From positions 186,607-250,606 of the forward strand of contig NMRA01000398.1 of NCBI GenBank assembly GCA_002633005.1: DNA of 64,000 nt, written 5' to 3'. Origin of the DNA: Phoronis australis. Taxonomy: Eukaryota; Animalia; Phoronida. The notes beneath the pieces were generated by a model. It ran no database searches. It was given only the letters and a program-made list of their open reading frames with translations, and was not told the DNA's origin. Below are positions 12,310-27,300 of this stretch, one piece after another. The position numbers and the translations under genes were made by a program. Within the stretch, counting starts at the first letter, position 1, and each line of letters opens with the position of its first letter.

Positions 12310-15300
12310 GTGAGTGTACATGTACATGTCCCAGTCATTAACTTCTTTGAAAGCGATCTTAGACCTATAGTCTATGTTCAAGATACATAGTGTCGATAAA
12401 TTATGTTCCACTCAGTCCGGCGTGATCTCTAAATTAACCTCCCTCTTATTGAAAGCTTTCGATTTTTGAAATGTTTTAATGAATTTATCGAAATTCATAC
12501 ATATCCCGGATCCCTTTGAGTTTAATTTAAGAATCTTCCAAGAGGAAGGAATAACCAATGACGAAATGTTTTATTTGAAAATATAGTATTTGCACGATTT
12601 TACTTAATACATTTTTCGGACGACAACATGTAGTAAACATTTGCTTGAAATTCAAAACTGTACACTCATCATGTGTTGCACACGGCTCTTCCGTTAAACA
12701 GAAGACTACAATTATTATTCAATTTATAAAAATGGACTGGCATTCCTCCAATGTGAATCTTCGACCTTCACCATGAAAGAAATGGCGTCAAAATTCTATA
12801 TTTTGCTCTTCGTGGTTTAATAAGCAATGAATGAACAAAGTTTTGCTGCCGAAGCGAACACATTGCTCTACTAGAGGGGTTTGTTAACTTGCGGTAACTA
12901 TCAAACTATTAAGTTTTGTAAAAGAAAAATTATTGAAAGTAAAAACTTAAATAATCGAACAACTAAGCTATTTTAAAAGAAAAATTACCAAACTTTACCA
13001 AAAAGTTGGAGTTAAAGGAGCCTTATCATTTACTTTGTTGCAACAGGACAATTCTGCATTGGAAAATGAAGTTAGACACCAGAGAAACAGAGAATTATAA
13101 CATAAAAAGGATGAACAAGTGAAGGGACACATGCTTCCCCTCGCAAATTGGATATTGCAAGGCGAGGAATCACTTAGAAAAGGGAAATTATGCATATAAA
13201 ATATTACTAAATTAAATACTCACCAAGGCAATTTCATTTCAAATTAAAAAATATTGCTTACCGAAGTCCATAATTTCTAAAAATTGTTGTATACGCATAA
13301 AGTTTACTCTCACAAAGTTTTGATTTTGCTCATGATAATTAAAAAATTCAATAATTGTGAAAGTAAAACAAAAATGATAAGCCTGTCACAATTATACAAA
13401 CTATAAATGTTTAAAAAACATGCAGAATAATAAAACGCCTGGCTCTGATGATTTGTCAACGGAGTTCTATAATTTTTTGTGGCTAATTTATCTTTGTTTT
13501 TAGTGAGATTGCTAATAATACTTATATCATGATCATTTACCTAACAGTCAACTCCAAGGAGTAATATATATTATAATGAAGGAGAGACAGAGGGAGAGAG
13601 AGGGAAGGAGGGAGGGAGGGAGGGGGGAGGGAGGGAGAAACAAACTTTGTTTTAAATCGTACCAGTATAAAGCATACATTGTTATATGACTGGGTTGCCA
13701 GCAAAGGCACGGGCCATTAATAGCTGACCACAGAGTAAAATAAATTAAATAGACAATAAAATTAAAAAGAACAAATAAACTAACAACAAAAAATACATGC
13801 ACAGTGTAATAAAGTACAAACATAAAACGTGCCAAGAGTGGCGCAGAAGAAAACCTTATTCCGCGTGTCTATTCGCGGGAATAATGTCTCGTTGGACAAT
13901 GGTATAAGCAATGACCAATGGTACGGACAAGGCATAATGCGTATTTTATGATCTCTCACATTCTAGGGATGAGCTTATGACCACATTGGCTCCCTTTATG
14001 TTTTTATGTTTTTTTTCTGCGCCGTTCACTGTTTTCCTAAGTGCGCGCAATGTTTTCTGAAGCCTATTGATGAGTCATTCTTGTCTCGATGTATTCCAAG
14101 TTGTTCTTTGTGCTTTAACTATTTTTAATTGTAATAATGTAAACAAACCTGTTCTTAATAGTTTCATCGTGTCTTTGTATAAGGAAACTTAACTATGTAC
14201 TTAAATGGGAAAGTTGTTTAAATATTGCACAGTTAGGTGGCGCACTTGTAACATATTGCCAGTTAATTTTACTAAAGATACAAAATGGAGCTGGTTTGAA
14301 GTAAGATTTATTCGCAAGCTAATTAGTACTAACAGTTTTCTACAGAAAAATGTCGTAACGAATTAACGTTTGTGCTCTATTTGTAATGGCTAGTCTGGAG
14401 ATCTTGTTCATTTGTGCTGGTCTGTACAATGGTTTAAAATTTTTGGATGTCACTAAACCACTGGATCGCATCGAGAGGGGAGAGGGGGAGCCAACTACTC
14501 CACATCGGAAACAAACGATATGACGGTGGCTTTCCCTAACACTAACGTTGTACTCAATGCCTGCCCTTATGCATTGCTCAAGTGTAACCTATTAAATAGT
14601 ACGAAAGAGCAATTTCATCACTTGACTTGAAGTTTTGCATTAATTGACTACTGAGACAGAAAAAAAACACTTGAAAACACTGTGCGCTGATCTGTATTCG
14701 CATTCAATATTTTGTGACGCCAGGCCTATTGAAAACTAGTCTGCATGCAAAATACACGGTGCAAGGAAATTGCCGAACAGTCATTTCAAGCATTCAGATG
14801 TCACCAACTAATGTATTTTGCGTGGCTGGTTGTCACGGAATACATTCCTGTAGCCTACTGCATTGTCAATCATAGAAGGTCGGGTTTTCACTTTTGTAGT
14901 TAGCCAGGCGGGTTTGCTTGCGTAAAACTTATATATAATGGGTACCTGGCATGGAGTCGCATTGTCACGCGTGAGGTGGCTCATACATGTAGTTTTTGAA
15001 CAACATTCCTGATATCTTGCAGCTGTCGTAAGTTTTCGTGTGAACAGCACTTAAAAGCAACTAAAACTCAACCATGTTCGGCTTGGTGATCAATTTTTGG
15101 AACTTCATTGCCGCAGTTGCTCTACGATTCCTCTTACTAGGGTTGTGATAATCACAAAAATTACACTGAAAATACTTACACCGTGAAAATGAGGTACAAT
15201 ATGCCAAGAACACCAAATTTTTGTAATGGCGTCGGTTGAATCCAGTTTTTCGCAGCACTTTCTGTTCATTCTCAGTGATGGTGAATTGATCGCGTGGGAT

Positions 15301-18300
15301 AAAAGTGCTTCTTTGCTGCAGTGTCTAGAAATGCCAACTACGTGAACATTTTCGTCAGAGTCTTCGTAAATTTTCGAAAATTGGCCATGTAGGTCTCTGC
15401 TTATAAAAATTCGCCTTCCTCATGAATTTTTTTTAAACAAACACTCAGCAAACGAAATTTTAAAAAGCTCCAAAGAAGTTGCAACATTATTCCCTACATT
15501 GCTTCAAGGCTTTGCTCGGCCAATTTTGCCAGACGTTTCGTTTTTGCTTGATAATTACCGCATACACATGCGTAGACCACTTTACTTGTATCTGAAGACG
15601 AAACCAAGTCCAGTTTCTGAAAATTGTTTAAAGCGGTATTCTGCAAAACGTGATGATTTACTTCAAATATAACTTACCATAGGGCTTAGAGACAAAACTA
15701 CGTGAGAGGAATGCCAAAGCAGTTTTCATTAACCGTGATAATATGTACTTGAATTTGGCAGCTCATGACGCACTAGCTGATAAAACCACCGTTACTTTTT
15801 GAAATGGTACAAACAGTGCACGTGTTCTTCTCAGAGTCAATAAACCACTGGCAAAGGATGCATGAAAACCTAAGAACTGATAGTCAAGAAAGACTTGGAC
15901 ACAAGGTACAGGTGCTGTGTGGGCCATTGTAACATGACGGCGACATCCCGTTGCTCCCAATTTGTTCGATTGTATAGCCCAACAACAAGTTAGGAAGTTT
16001 GCCCCTCGTAGCCAATTAACTCCATTCTGGCGTTGATGGTTGGAGGGCCTGCACTCTTTTGTTTGATAATTGCTCTAATCTCCGATCAGATCGTATCTAG
16101 CCTGACTGGGGTGGGCTGATAAAAATAAAAGTTAAGTTAAGCCAGATATTATCGCACGTTCAGCACCCCTTACGTCTGGAAAAGTTACTGAACGACAGGA
16201 CGCTGTAAAGATTTAATTTGATTCAAGTATTGAACAGATAAGATAATTTACAGTAGACAAATGACAAACCGACAAACGCACACACCACACTCACGCTCAC
16301 GCATTAGGAAACCTGCCAACAAAATTAGAACGCGTGTGTACTAAAGAAAAGAAGATCCAGAGAGAAACATCTATTAGTAAATTTTTCATATTCACAACTT
16401 CCAAAATATTTATGTTTTTCCTTCTTGACTTCATTTGGAAATCTGACTTACGATAGATTCAAGTCAATTGTAACCGGCCTGAAGTGTTTTTATTCTTTTC
16501 GCTTTCTGTTCTTTTGGAGACAATTATTGCAAAACATCAACGTTGTTGGAAAGCGGTTGAAATCCTCAACCGTGAATCTCCTGAACCGCTGCTGCTGTGC
16601 ACTTACTGCTTAAACACTTCACTGCTTACCGGGATGGTCTACGTAAAAGTTCTTTTCAAGAAGGCCTGAGGTTAGCGGAAGAATGGGCAATTACCACGGT
16701 ACCGAGAGGTGTATCGCTACGAGTTCTACAGTGAGGGTATTGCTTGCAATGACTCATATTGCCTAAAGCCAAACAACAATCGGTGTTAAAATACCATCAA
16801 GCATTTCAGTGTTATTAAACTTTGGTTTGTGATCCTACTTATCTGCATCAATATGGAGACGTGGTGTAAGACGGCTAAAGGTTGACAGGCGTGATAACTG
16901 TCGCGGACCAGGTACATGCAGCCCGAATATATTGACGATGATGTATTTGTGTGTATCCGCAGTAGCTTTTAGCTTGTCTTTTTACGACCCTTAATGATTG
17001 TGAGAAGAAGCTATCATCTCTCGTAAATGCCGATAAGAACTACCCCTGCAATGGGCTTCACTGTTGCGTCTCAGCTCTTACTGTACTTTTTCGTAATTTA
17101 TTGCAGCTACACAACTTCCTCATATTTTCGCTTGGAAGTGTTTGGTAGCTAGCTATGAGTAGTTTTGTACTTTGCTATGTTGGTGTAATTGGCCCATTTT
17201 CGTGTACGCCGCATGGTAATTATTTTACTACCCGAAATAATTACTTTACGCCTCTAACAAGAATTAACTTACGTACGTAATTTAATTGCGTAAAGTAATT
17301 ATTTGCGGCGTAAAGTAATTATTTGCGGCGTTATTTAAAGGCGTAGCGTTCACCTATTTGGCCAACCACAGCTAACGTATGGCGTATGACATTTCATGTA
17401 GCTTGACCTTCGAAGCGCCGTTAGCATTTCCCTATTTAAAAGCTTTGATAGTATGCGAAGCGTTTTTTCAATTTATTTTGGCGATAAAATTATTAACTGT
17501 CGCGTAAATTGATAATTATTTTACAAAACAACTGGAAGGATTTAAATGCCGATAAAATATCGACGCAGCGGTCTTAGCCATGGCTTTCCTAAGCATTTTT
17601 AGAGTTTCACTTCTTATCATTTAACTCATCTCATCTCATCATATCTAGGCGCTGTCCATCCACTGCAGGATGTAGCCCTCCGACAATGCCTTCCAACTTG
17701 TTCTGTCTCTTGCTGCTCTCATCCATGTTGTGCCTATCGTTTTCACGATATCATCTCTCCATCTGGCTTGGGGCCGTCCTCTTGATCTTTTTCCATATCT
17801 GGGTTGCCACATCTTTTTGTCCATCTGTTGTCCTGTGCTCTGGCCACGTGTCCGCCCCATCTCCATTTCAATTTCAGAATTGTCTTGATTATGTCCATGA
17901 CTCTTGTTTGTTCTCTTATCTCTGTGTGTGGAATCCTGTCTAGTAATTTTATTCCAAGCATTTTTCTCTCCATTGCTCTCTGTGTTGTTCTTAGCTTGGC
18001 AATTGTCTGTTTTGTTAAGCTCCATGTTTGGCATCCATAAGTGATTGTGGGGATGATGCACTGGTCAAATACTTTTCTTTTCAGGGATATGGGTATGTTC
18101 TTATCTTGGAATATTTCTCTGTTTTTTTCCAAAACAACTCCATCCAGCTCTTGTTCGGATTTGTATTTCATTGGTCATACGGTTACCCATTTGTATACAG
18201 TAGTTTGTCCCAGGTATTTATATTGTGTGACTTTTTCAATGATCTTGTTCTCCACTATTACTTGTTCATCTGTTTCAAAATTTGTCATGTACTTTGTCTT

Positions 18301-21300
18301 GTCCTTGTGTATCTTTAATCCCACATTGTTGCTTTCTTCATTCAGTATATTTAAATTTGTTGCTAATTTAACACTTATGAATAATAACATTGCCGGATTT
18401 ATAGAGGGGCAAAAAGACAATTGCACCCTGCCGCACCTTCGAGAGGGAAACGAAGATGAAAGGAAATACCTTAATACGGAAGGCTAAATGTCAACAAAAG
18501 GGAAAGGGGCGACAATTAATTGCATCATCGAGAGACCCTCCGCGAATAAGTTTAAAATTTACGATTTCACAAAATTTAAAAGCGAAAATAGAGGCAATCG
18601 ATTACAACATCATGGCCCTTGTCTCTGTAACCTGTCCCTTAAGAAGTTATTAGTGAAAAGCACGAAACGGGTGGCCGCTTGGATGCCTTCAAAGGGCTTC
18701 TTCCGAGAACTGTTGCACCAACTGAATGGAAATATAATTCCAAACATAGGGATGAGCTTTAATTGATGCTATCTGTCACTTTTTCAATTTTGGTTGAGAC
18801 AATGTGATATACAATATCGAGAAGAAACGATAAGAGAGTCAGACAGATGGCTCAATTATCCCTTTCCAGAGAGGGCTCTCTGAAGAAAAATAGTTTTGCA
18901 ATATCTTTGTCTCCTTGAATAAAAAATCCAGTGAATTAATATGCTCTACGAAATCTTTTGTTTATTAATAAAACAAGAACAAATAAAATAGAATATGAAT
19001 GCCTTTTGGAACCTAACCCACTTTACAATCCAAACAAATTGAAAGTTTTTTAGTAAAGGAGGTTTGAAAAAATAATTATCTTCTGCTAACTTTTAACGGG
19101 AAAAAGGCAAGGTATGAAGTAACATGTAAATTAAACACTAATTGCTATTTAAGCAATATGTTTGTAATGTATACTTACTATGGTATCAACTTGTGAAGTA
19201 AGTCTTCAAGTGATACGTACAACACAGTGAGTATTGTACTCTTTCAAGAATGCTAGGCACATATAGCAATCTCAGAATTGTATCATTACTTTTCCAAATT
19301 TACTCGAACTTTTACTGGAGATTTATTGGAGGTCACGCTTTCCTGCCTAGTACTCAGAAAGTTGAGAATTACTCAAAATTTAGAGTACTTTTGGCTGTGT
19401 ACTTCTTGGTGATTGCTAAAGCATCAGGGATTACTCAGAGTATTTCATTAAGTTATAATTAAAAGGGACTGAGTAAAGTTTGGCGATTGCGAGTCTAAAC
19501 TTCAATCCCTTGAACGCCATCTTGTCTCCGTGTCAGAAAAGTAAAAGGAATGTTGACGTTGTGTTTCAGTTTGACCGGCGTACCTAACAGCGTGTGCACT
19601 TACTACTACCAAGTATCGTATAGCCAGTGGTACAGGCAACGTTACACAACAAGTTGCTGGGACTGGGACTTCCGGTGCACAAGATATCGGTAAGTAGTAT
19701 GGTTTGTAGTTTTGGATGAACAACATTTAATAGACGTCACTGAAATGCCGTATAACATACTACTTCTGTCCACGACACTGCTAAGGCTCTAAAACACCGG
19801 TGTTATTTCCTGTCACATGGCATTCCAAGGACATCCGAGTACGTCTTGTAATACCGGCGCCCGTTCTGAGAAAACTGAGTTAGCTGGGAGAAACCTTCAA
19901 CTTATTCATGATTAACACATAACTTAGATTTGTCTTAGTACGTTCCAAGAAAAATGACCTTAAGTTTGATTTAAGTTTTTGTCCTAAATTGTCTCAAATT
20001 TGACGTAGTTTACCGGTTTTAGAAGTTTGTAGTTTGGGGCAAAGCTAAGGTACAGACACACGCGCGCGCGCACGCATGCACGAATATTATTTGTTATTCA
20101 TCAAATGAACAGCAACTTTGAAAGAGTACCCTACCCATTAAATGTGCGAACAACCGTGCGTTTAAACTGATGGAATGCCGTTTTATTTTCGCACTGATGT
20201 AATTTTGTCCGCACAATCCGATTTTTCTATATGGCTCCCTATACATTTGGCCCCCCATCAGCAATATCCGGTTTTCTTGCTAGACTTTTGAACCGCAGAA
20301 GTCATGAAGAAACAGTTATTTAAACAGATCCATTAGTCTTATACGATAATCGAGTACTAAGTCGTATTCGGGAATTCGGAGTGTGCAGACAGGATCTTTG
20401 ACTGGTTTCTTACAGGTCAAAATACAGGGTCGCCTATAAAAGGCAAGACAAGCTAGGCTGTTGTCAGGGCTATACGGACAACGGTTCTTCGTTTTGCATT
20501 CGTAAGTATTAGTTTTGTGTTCTTGAATAATTGGAAGGAATATCTGTAATTTTCCGTATAACGTCACGGGGTGCATTACTGAAAAAAATATCCGCTAGGG
20601 CAACAGATTTTACGCAAAGTCCTACACCCGTCTTTATTGGCATAGTGTTGAGTACTATAAATGTTTTCCTCGAGCGTAACAAGCAGGACAGATGAAATCT
20701 GGTATTTCCGTTCACGCCTTACACCATTGTGTGCAGCAACTGGACCATAAAGTGAGGAATAGTTTATACATGGATTTTAAGGCCAATATTTCTCTTTGTT
20801 TGATGGATGATATCTGATACATTGCTCTTACATAGACTTAGTGAAAACACTGTTTATTTGTCCTAGCCATTCTTACTTTGAATTGCTGATGATTGAACAT
20901 GTTGTTGACTTGACGTTATGTTTTCTCAGCTCTGACACTTACTGAAGTTTAAATAACTTGTCACCCAAGCTAGAGGCTACATATATTGTCAATATGAACA
21001 ATTTACGTAAAACGTATTACACTGTACTAGAGCTATGTTAAATCAAGTAAATAATGCTTCAAACCAACATCGTAGTTCACAACATTGTCTCATTGTGGTT
21101 GGTTAGTTGAAATTTCGTGTGCGAATACAACGATGAAAGGAGTATTCCAAATTCGTTCAAGTAATCTCAACTTCATGGCAAGCGGTCGTGTAGGCGAAAA
21201 ATTACAGATTCTACCAAACTTTGCACATGTTTGAAAGTTCATAATACTTCCATAAGTACAATTGTCAGAAGGTCAGTGTGCTTCATGTGTTGCCTGGGCT

Positions 21301-24300
21301 GCATAAACAGCTGAATTTATTCCAAAATATGCTTTGCGCGACAAAACCGTTGCATAAGTTTGTCTTACACGCACAGTATAACGACGTTCTGAAAACGAGG
21401 AATATTGTATAGATTGAGCGTGTGTTTGAGAAAAATGGAAAAAAATGAGTATGCTGTCATAACTAAAGACAAAAAAAAACTTGAAGCTGGCCAGTGTGTC
21501 GGAGGCAGATTATAGGAAAGTTAAAACAGTTACCAATTTTAAAATGTTAATCGAATGTTATTAAGTAAATTGATTAACTGTGACTGTTAGGGTTGTATGT
21601 ACTTGAACGGAATATAACTTTGCAGCGCGATTCACCCATCGGTACGTACAGTAGCAACAACCCATGGTACTTGTGAGTAAATAACCTCATTTAAGCAATC
21701 GTGGTCGGTTGCATGGAATAGTTCCAAATACATGTAGGAACCCAATTAATATTACATCTTTTCACAGCAGTTGTAGACTTTGCAAAAACATATTAAAGTA
21801 TTCATCTACGAAGCTCCAATCATTGTCAGCAATGCTCTTTCATTGACTTTGCAATAATAGACTAAGCAGAAACGACAAAGGAGTATAAAATTCGCAGGCT
21901 CTACACATCAGTTGGTGCAAGTCCAATCTCAATAGGCAACTGGAACACCACAGGTTGTCATTGGTGGTCTAGTTTATTGTCACTCCCTGTAACTGACAGT
22001 ATCTGTGCTTCATAACTGGTTGCTGGGCCTAGCTAGGTGGCCACTATATTCTCTCTTCTGATGATGGTGTTTTAATAAACGACACCGAAACATGTCGATT
22101 TAGAACCGTAGTTGTTTTTATTAATAAATGCTGTGTCTTGCTATCATGGAGATTATAGGTTCTTATACTTTATTTGCTCCTGAGGCAAATTCCAGCTTTG
22201 ATACGTGTCGAAGTAAGTTTCTCGAGATTTCTGAGTGTAAATACGGCCTTCTTTTCAAACGACGTTCCTGTTGGAAGAATCCGGCCCTTTTTATTTTCAT
22301 TGGAATATGGTCCCAATTTTCAGAAACAGTTTCAGAATACTTTAAGGAAATCTCATGAAGAAATGAGGAGCGCGTTATCAAGATAAAGGGGCAGGGAACT
22401 CTGTTGTGAATGGGCGCAGACGCACAGACTTAGAGAACAGATTCACATACACATTGAATGCACACAAAACTGTTTACTATAGCAGAGAGCACTCGTTAGA
22501 CTGAAATATATTCATACAACTTACTTTACTTAATATCAGTTAATGTAATATCTGACCTCATAGGAAATCTGTGTACTTGATCAAATACGTGATGAACTAA
22601 CGATTATGTGTATGTTAAAACATAGACATGTGAATACAGACAGCCTGTAAATTAATTCTATGTTTTTACGAATCTTACATCTTTGTTGTAGATGAATTCC
22701 TGTGTTTTTATTGAAAGAATATCAGACCCTTGTTCTGTCACTGCAAAGAATATCAGACCCTTGTTCAGTCACTGCTAATGTAACACTTGCATCTCATTTG
22801 AATGATAAATGCAGATTTAAATTAAAAACACCTACTCACTGCGACATCAAATGGTTATCATGGTGAGTGGTTTTTCCCCTACATTTGTCGTAAGAATCGT
22901 TTAAAGTGTAGGCAACACTTTCCGATGTGGCAGATTTTGTAAAGAGTATTTAAATTATACTCATAACATTCGAAGTTTGGCAGAGTTACAAACCAGTATT
23001 TTGAGTATTTTGATTTAAAAAGCTGGATGGGAACATTATTATTTATGTCTGTTATTGAGACCAAACTTGGCTCAGTAATTTTTTAAACTTTAACAAAAAG
23101 ATGCATTCGCATGAAATAACAGGGCCGTAGGGAGCGGGGGGCGGGGGCACAGCCCCCCCCCCTACAAAAAATTCAGGCGTCAAGGATAAACCGTTACAAG
23201 CGACGCGTGGGGCGGAAACATTCTAGAAAAGAAAGACTGGAAAATGCGGATAAGAGAGAAAACTCAAGAGAACATTTTACAACTCTCTATCAGTGCATGG
23301 TTTACCTTTTGAGGAACCTGGCCATGACATTGTTGTTGGGGTCTCCGCTTTCACAGCACAGGTCGTCTAAATGCACTTGGAAATTTGCACGTAATCATTC
23401 ATACTAACATTTCGAAAAATCGAGAAAATTAATTTGTAAAGGGAAGTTTTTGCGGAGCGTATTAATTTACTGGATTTTTAAACTCAGTAAGCCAGTTTTG
23501 CGACTGCAAAACCATATTTTTCCAGAGGCCCCTTTCTGGCAAAGGATAGCGGAGACGACTGTCGCTTTTTTTTCTCGAATTGTATATTACTTGAGAAAAA
23601 TTGATAACCCGACACATATCATCAACTGCTGCCCATTTCTTGATTCTTGAAAATATACATATTTTCACAAAGAGTGGCCCCACGTCTGAAGGAGGCCATT
23701 GATGACATTAAAGTAACCACAGTTTTTATATTTCTACTGACAAATTCTTAAGGGTAAGCTCACGGAGAGAGGACCCAATGTTGGATTCGATTACGTTTTC
23801 CTGTTTTTTGTGAAATCGTGCAACCAACTTTCATGTTGAAGAAGGTCACTTCCTGCACTGTCGTCTGACCACACGACGGTGGAATGAACTGTCACTCTTT
23901 TCCAAGCTTAATGATGTTTAGCTTTTTCATTATTAAGGTGTCCCATTTCAGACGGGAGCCTCCCTCGTGGAGCAGTTCGAAAAAAATGTCCCTTTGTCCC
24001 ACTTTACACGTAAATCCGACACTGCCAAGTATTCACGAGGGAAGTTGTGATTCAAAATCCATCAACAAAAAAAAAAAAACACAAAACACAAAACATTCAT
24101 GCACAGCATATCAGTATCAAGACATTCGACCCAAACAACCAAAACATTGAAAAAAGTAAATTAGGATTGACCGCCATCGAAAAAGAGTCAGGAATTTTAA
24201 AGAACGGGAAGACCGTTGTTTTTAATTACACAAAAGAACTATTTCCGATGGTTAGTTATAAAATAATGTTACTGTTTCCCATATTATCACAAGAATAAGT

Positions 24301-27300
24301 ATCTCTTTTGAAGATGGTTACTATGAGTTGTTTGTAAGGAATTCCCACGTGTGGAAAACACTGCAGTCGAGGCTACCATTGGGGTGACCGTGTACATGTC
24401 GAACGAGTGTACCCAAATACTCGCAATAATAAGCATATTAAACAAATATTTCAGCGTTTTTTGAGGTCAAGTTAAATTCATGAACCGTTATAGAAAGCTC
24501 GGAAAGAGCAAAAATACACCTCACTATGAATGGCCAATCTCACGTATTTCCCCGGTTACCAGTCAAAAGTCTGCGAGCATGCATGCAGAAATTGCTTATA
24601 TCATTCTGTTTTGATTAACAAATTCGTTGGTTTCTGATATACATATTTATGTATCTACGAAAACCGACAGGTTAATAGGTGATATTAAGAAATTAGAATC
24701 TAATCTTTTAAGAAATGGCGATTCAGGGAACTAAGTTGAAGCCTGAATATGGAAAAAAATATAATCCGATCCTCAAACAGTAAAATGCAATTGGACGCTT
24801 CTTGCCTATCTAACATGACTCTCAAAACATTGATAAAATTTGGACACTTCCCAAGAAATTTACTCAAAATTCAAAGACAATAAATGCATTGCTTTTTAAA
24901 TTTGGTACAAGATTTGTTGTTTAAAGTCACTAACAGGGGATTAAAAGAAATTAAGTCAGTGCGCTCGGGGCTTAGACGCATTCTTACTCTCAGTGAATCT
25001 GTGTTGGTTTGTTGGTTCACGGTTACTGAAATCCTGATGGCTGCATCCCCGGTATTACCCCCACCTAAAGCGGACGTGGGGGTGGGGTTCGGTACAAATA
25101 TGATGCCATCTAGAGAACGGGGGTGGGGATGTGACGATAGTAAGGGAGTTGGTTGGCGAAGTCAAATTGGTTTGTGCTTCCCCAATAATTTTTTCTTTCA
25201 TACGGGACTGAATAACGATATCTTCAAGTTATCTAAATTGATATACATGTTCAAAATGAAATTCTCCGAGCACTGCTAATATTTTTTGAAATTTTCTTCA
25301 TTTAGTTTTGAGAAAATTTTTATGTTTAAAGTACAATGTACCGGAGAGCAATCTTCCGTTGCATCTTAGTACGATCTCAAGATGGGCCTATGGGGCCTAC
25401 TGAGTTGAGTGTCTGCCTCCTGTTCTGAAGGTCGTGGGGTATAAATACCATTGGACCCCGTTGTTAGAGGCCAAAACCAGGTCTATAACACCTCAGCTCA
25501 GTTCTAATTTGTTTTATATGCGTTAAATGAATGTTAATGAATAAAAAATGATTTCATGTGCATCGTACTGCCAGCGCACGTCTTATACATGTACAACGTT
25601 ATATCAAACAACTTGTGTTTTTTACTACGCACTAAAGATACAGCAAGGGGCTGTTTTAGCTTACACAAAAATATCAGTGTCGAGTGATAACTAGCACTTG
25701 AGTACCTTTAGCTCGAATGAGAACTTGGCATTTGGATTTGAGACTCGAAAGTATAAATTTTTGTATAATTGCACTTACTTAAGCACAGAGTACACCATGT
25801 GCTGTCCTTGTATCCTGAGTTCACATTGATTATACGACGATGCAGACAACGGGTCCTGGATTTTAGTCTCTCTTTGATACTTTTTTGCCACCTTAGTGTA
25901 GTCATACATTGTAAGTTGAATTGCATGGTTGATAAATATACTTGTGGAACTACTCGATGCAAATGTATCTTGCAGCGGTTTGTTACGGAAGTACCTCATG
26001 CCCTAACGGCGGCACGTGCTCGTTACCGGACCGATGTATCAATTGCAACTCTGAGTTCTACTCTCCTAAGTGTGACCGTAAGTAAATACTTTGCTTTCTA
26101 CCTTCGGATCAGTGTGGTGATGACATTACAACTATAATACAAGAGAATGTAACTGTATTGCCATAAATCAGCTACTTGATAAATTGCATGGTAGAATTAT
26201 TAGTATTCGTACACGACAAATGAACATGTATGTCGCATTACGTCACCTATAGTTAAGTTGGGAAATCTCTTCAGACATAATCGTAGGTCACGTGATGTCA
26301 CCAAATAATCGCGATTCTTATTTATATTAATGAGTGATTATTCTGTGTATTTGCCACGAGCTATAACGAGGATCATTAATGTTTGGACAAGCATTAGACT
26401 ACATCAACGAACTTCAAAGTTCCTAATAGTTTTGCTGGAAAATTGATCAGGTAAGGTTTTGTTGTTTGTAAACGGGATGTTTTCGTTTCCTTTAGCATGT
26501 CCTGTTGCTGATATCAGCAACTGTGCGCATATGACATGTGACGAAGGCCCAACAAACAAAAGATGCATTGAATGTAATCTGCAGTACCAGTCGATTAAAG
26601 ACAAAACAGCTTACACGCCCAACAGCGACAAGACTCTCTGTGATCGTAAGCTAACTTTATTAACGTGAAGTGCTTAAATTCCTTTTTCAAAAATAAACAG
26701 AAAATAAAAGCGGCCACAGTCCAATAATGCCCGGGTGTTAGACATATTTCACGGGACATTTTACTGCTTCTCGTATTGACCTGGGTCCCTGACTTTTGCT
26801 TTTAATCACTATCATTTGATTAGCAATCCATAGGTCGTAGCAATCACCCTTAGCAATAAATCTTAGCTTATGGACCGGAAACGGTGACTCCAATCCCATA
26901 GTTCAAAATTCCAACCTCATCAAGCAGTCACTTCCTTTGTCGCCATTTTAATGGAGAAGGATGTCAAGCTCGCGAAAAATGTTGCGAAAAACTTGCTGCT
27001 TTTCACTTGCGCGATTTTGAGCGGTCTTGTGAGGTCGTGCTTTTTTCTCCTTAGAATATTGGTAAACGGAAATCTATCCATTCAACGTTGACTTTAGCTT
27101 GTGAAGAGTTAGTTGAGATACTTCATTTGGGCCCGTTTTGAAATAAATCATGGTTTGTGAGTAACGATGGAAAGATTCGTTTCTGGTACATTTGCTTTGC
27201 AGTGGTCAAAGTGGCACACCTCGTTGCAAAAATGTTTTGATGTAGAAAAAGCCTCTGGTATCCCGATCTATAAATAAAATGTCGAGATAACAGAACAGCA

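Noticed and set aside
15591-15628. Another hammerhead-like string (CTGAAGAC GAAAC...GTTTC TGAAA)
   Set aside because: Extra base before GAAA and no convincing helix I/III or cleavage triplet.
16800-17220. Alternative signal-peptide exons (IKLWFVILLICIN; MSSFVLCYVGVIG)
   Set aside because: The first lacks an in-frame ATG; the second ends in phase 1 and cannot join the phase-2 exon 2.
17686-18487. Plus-strand ORFs of 78-148 aa
   Set aside because: Antisense shadows of the RTE fragment on the minus strand.
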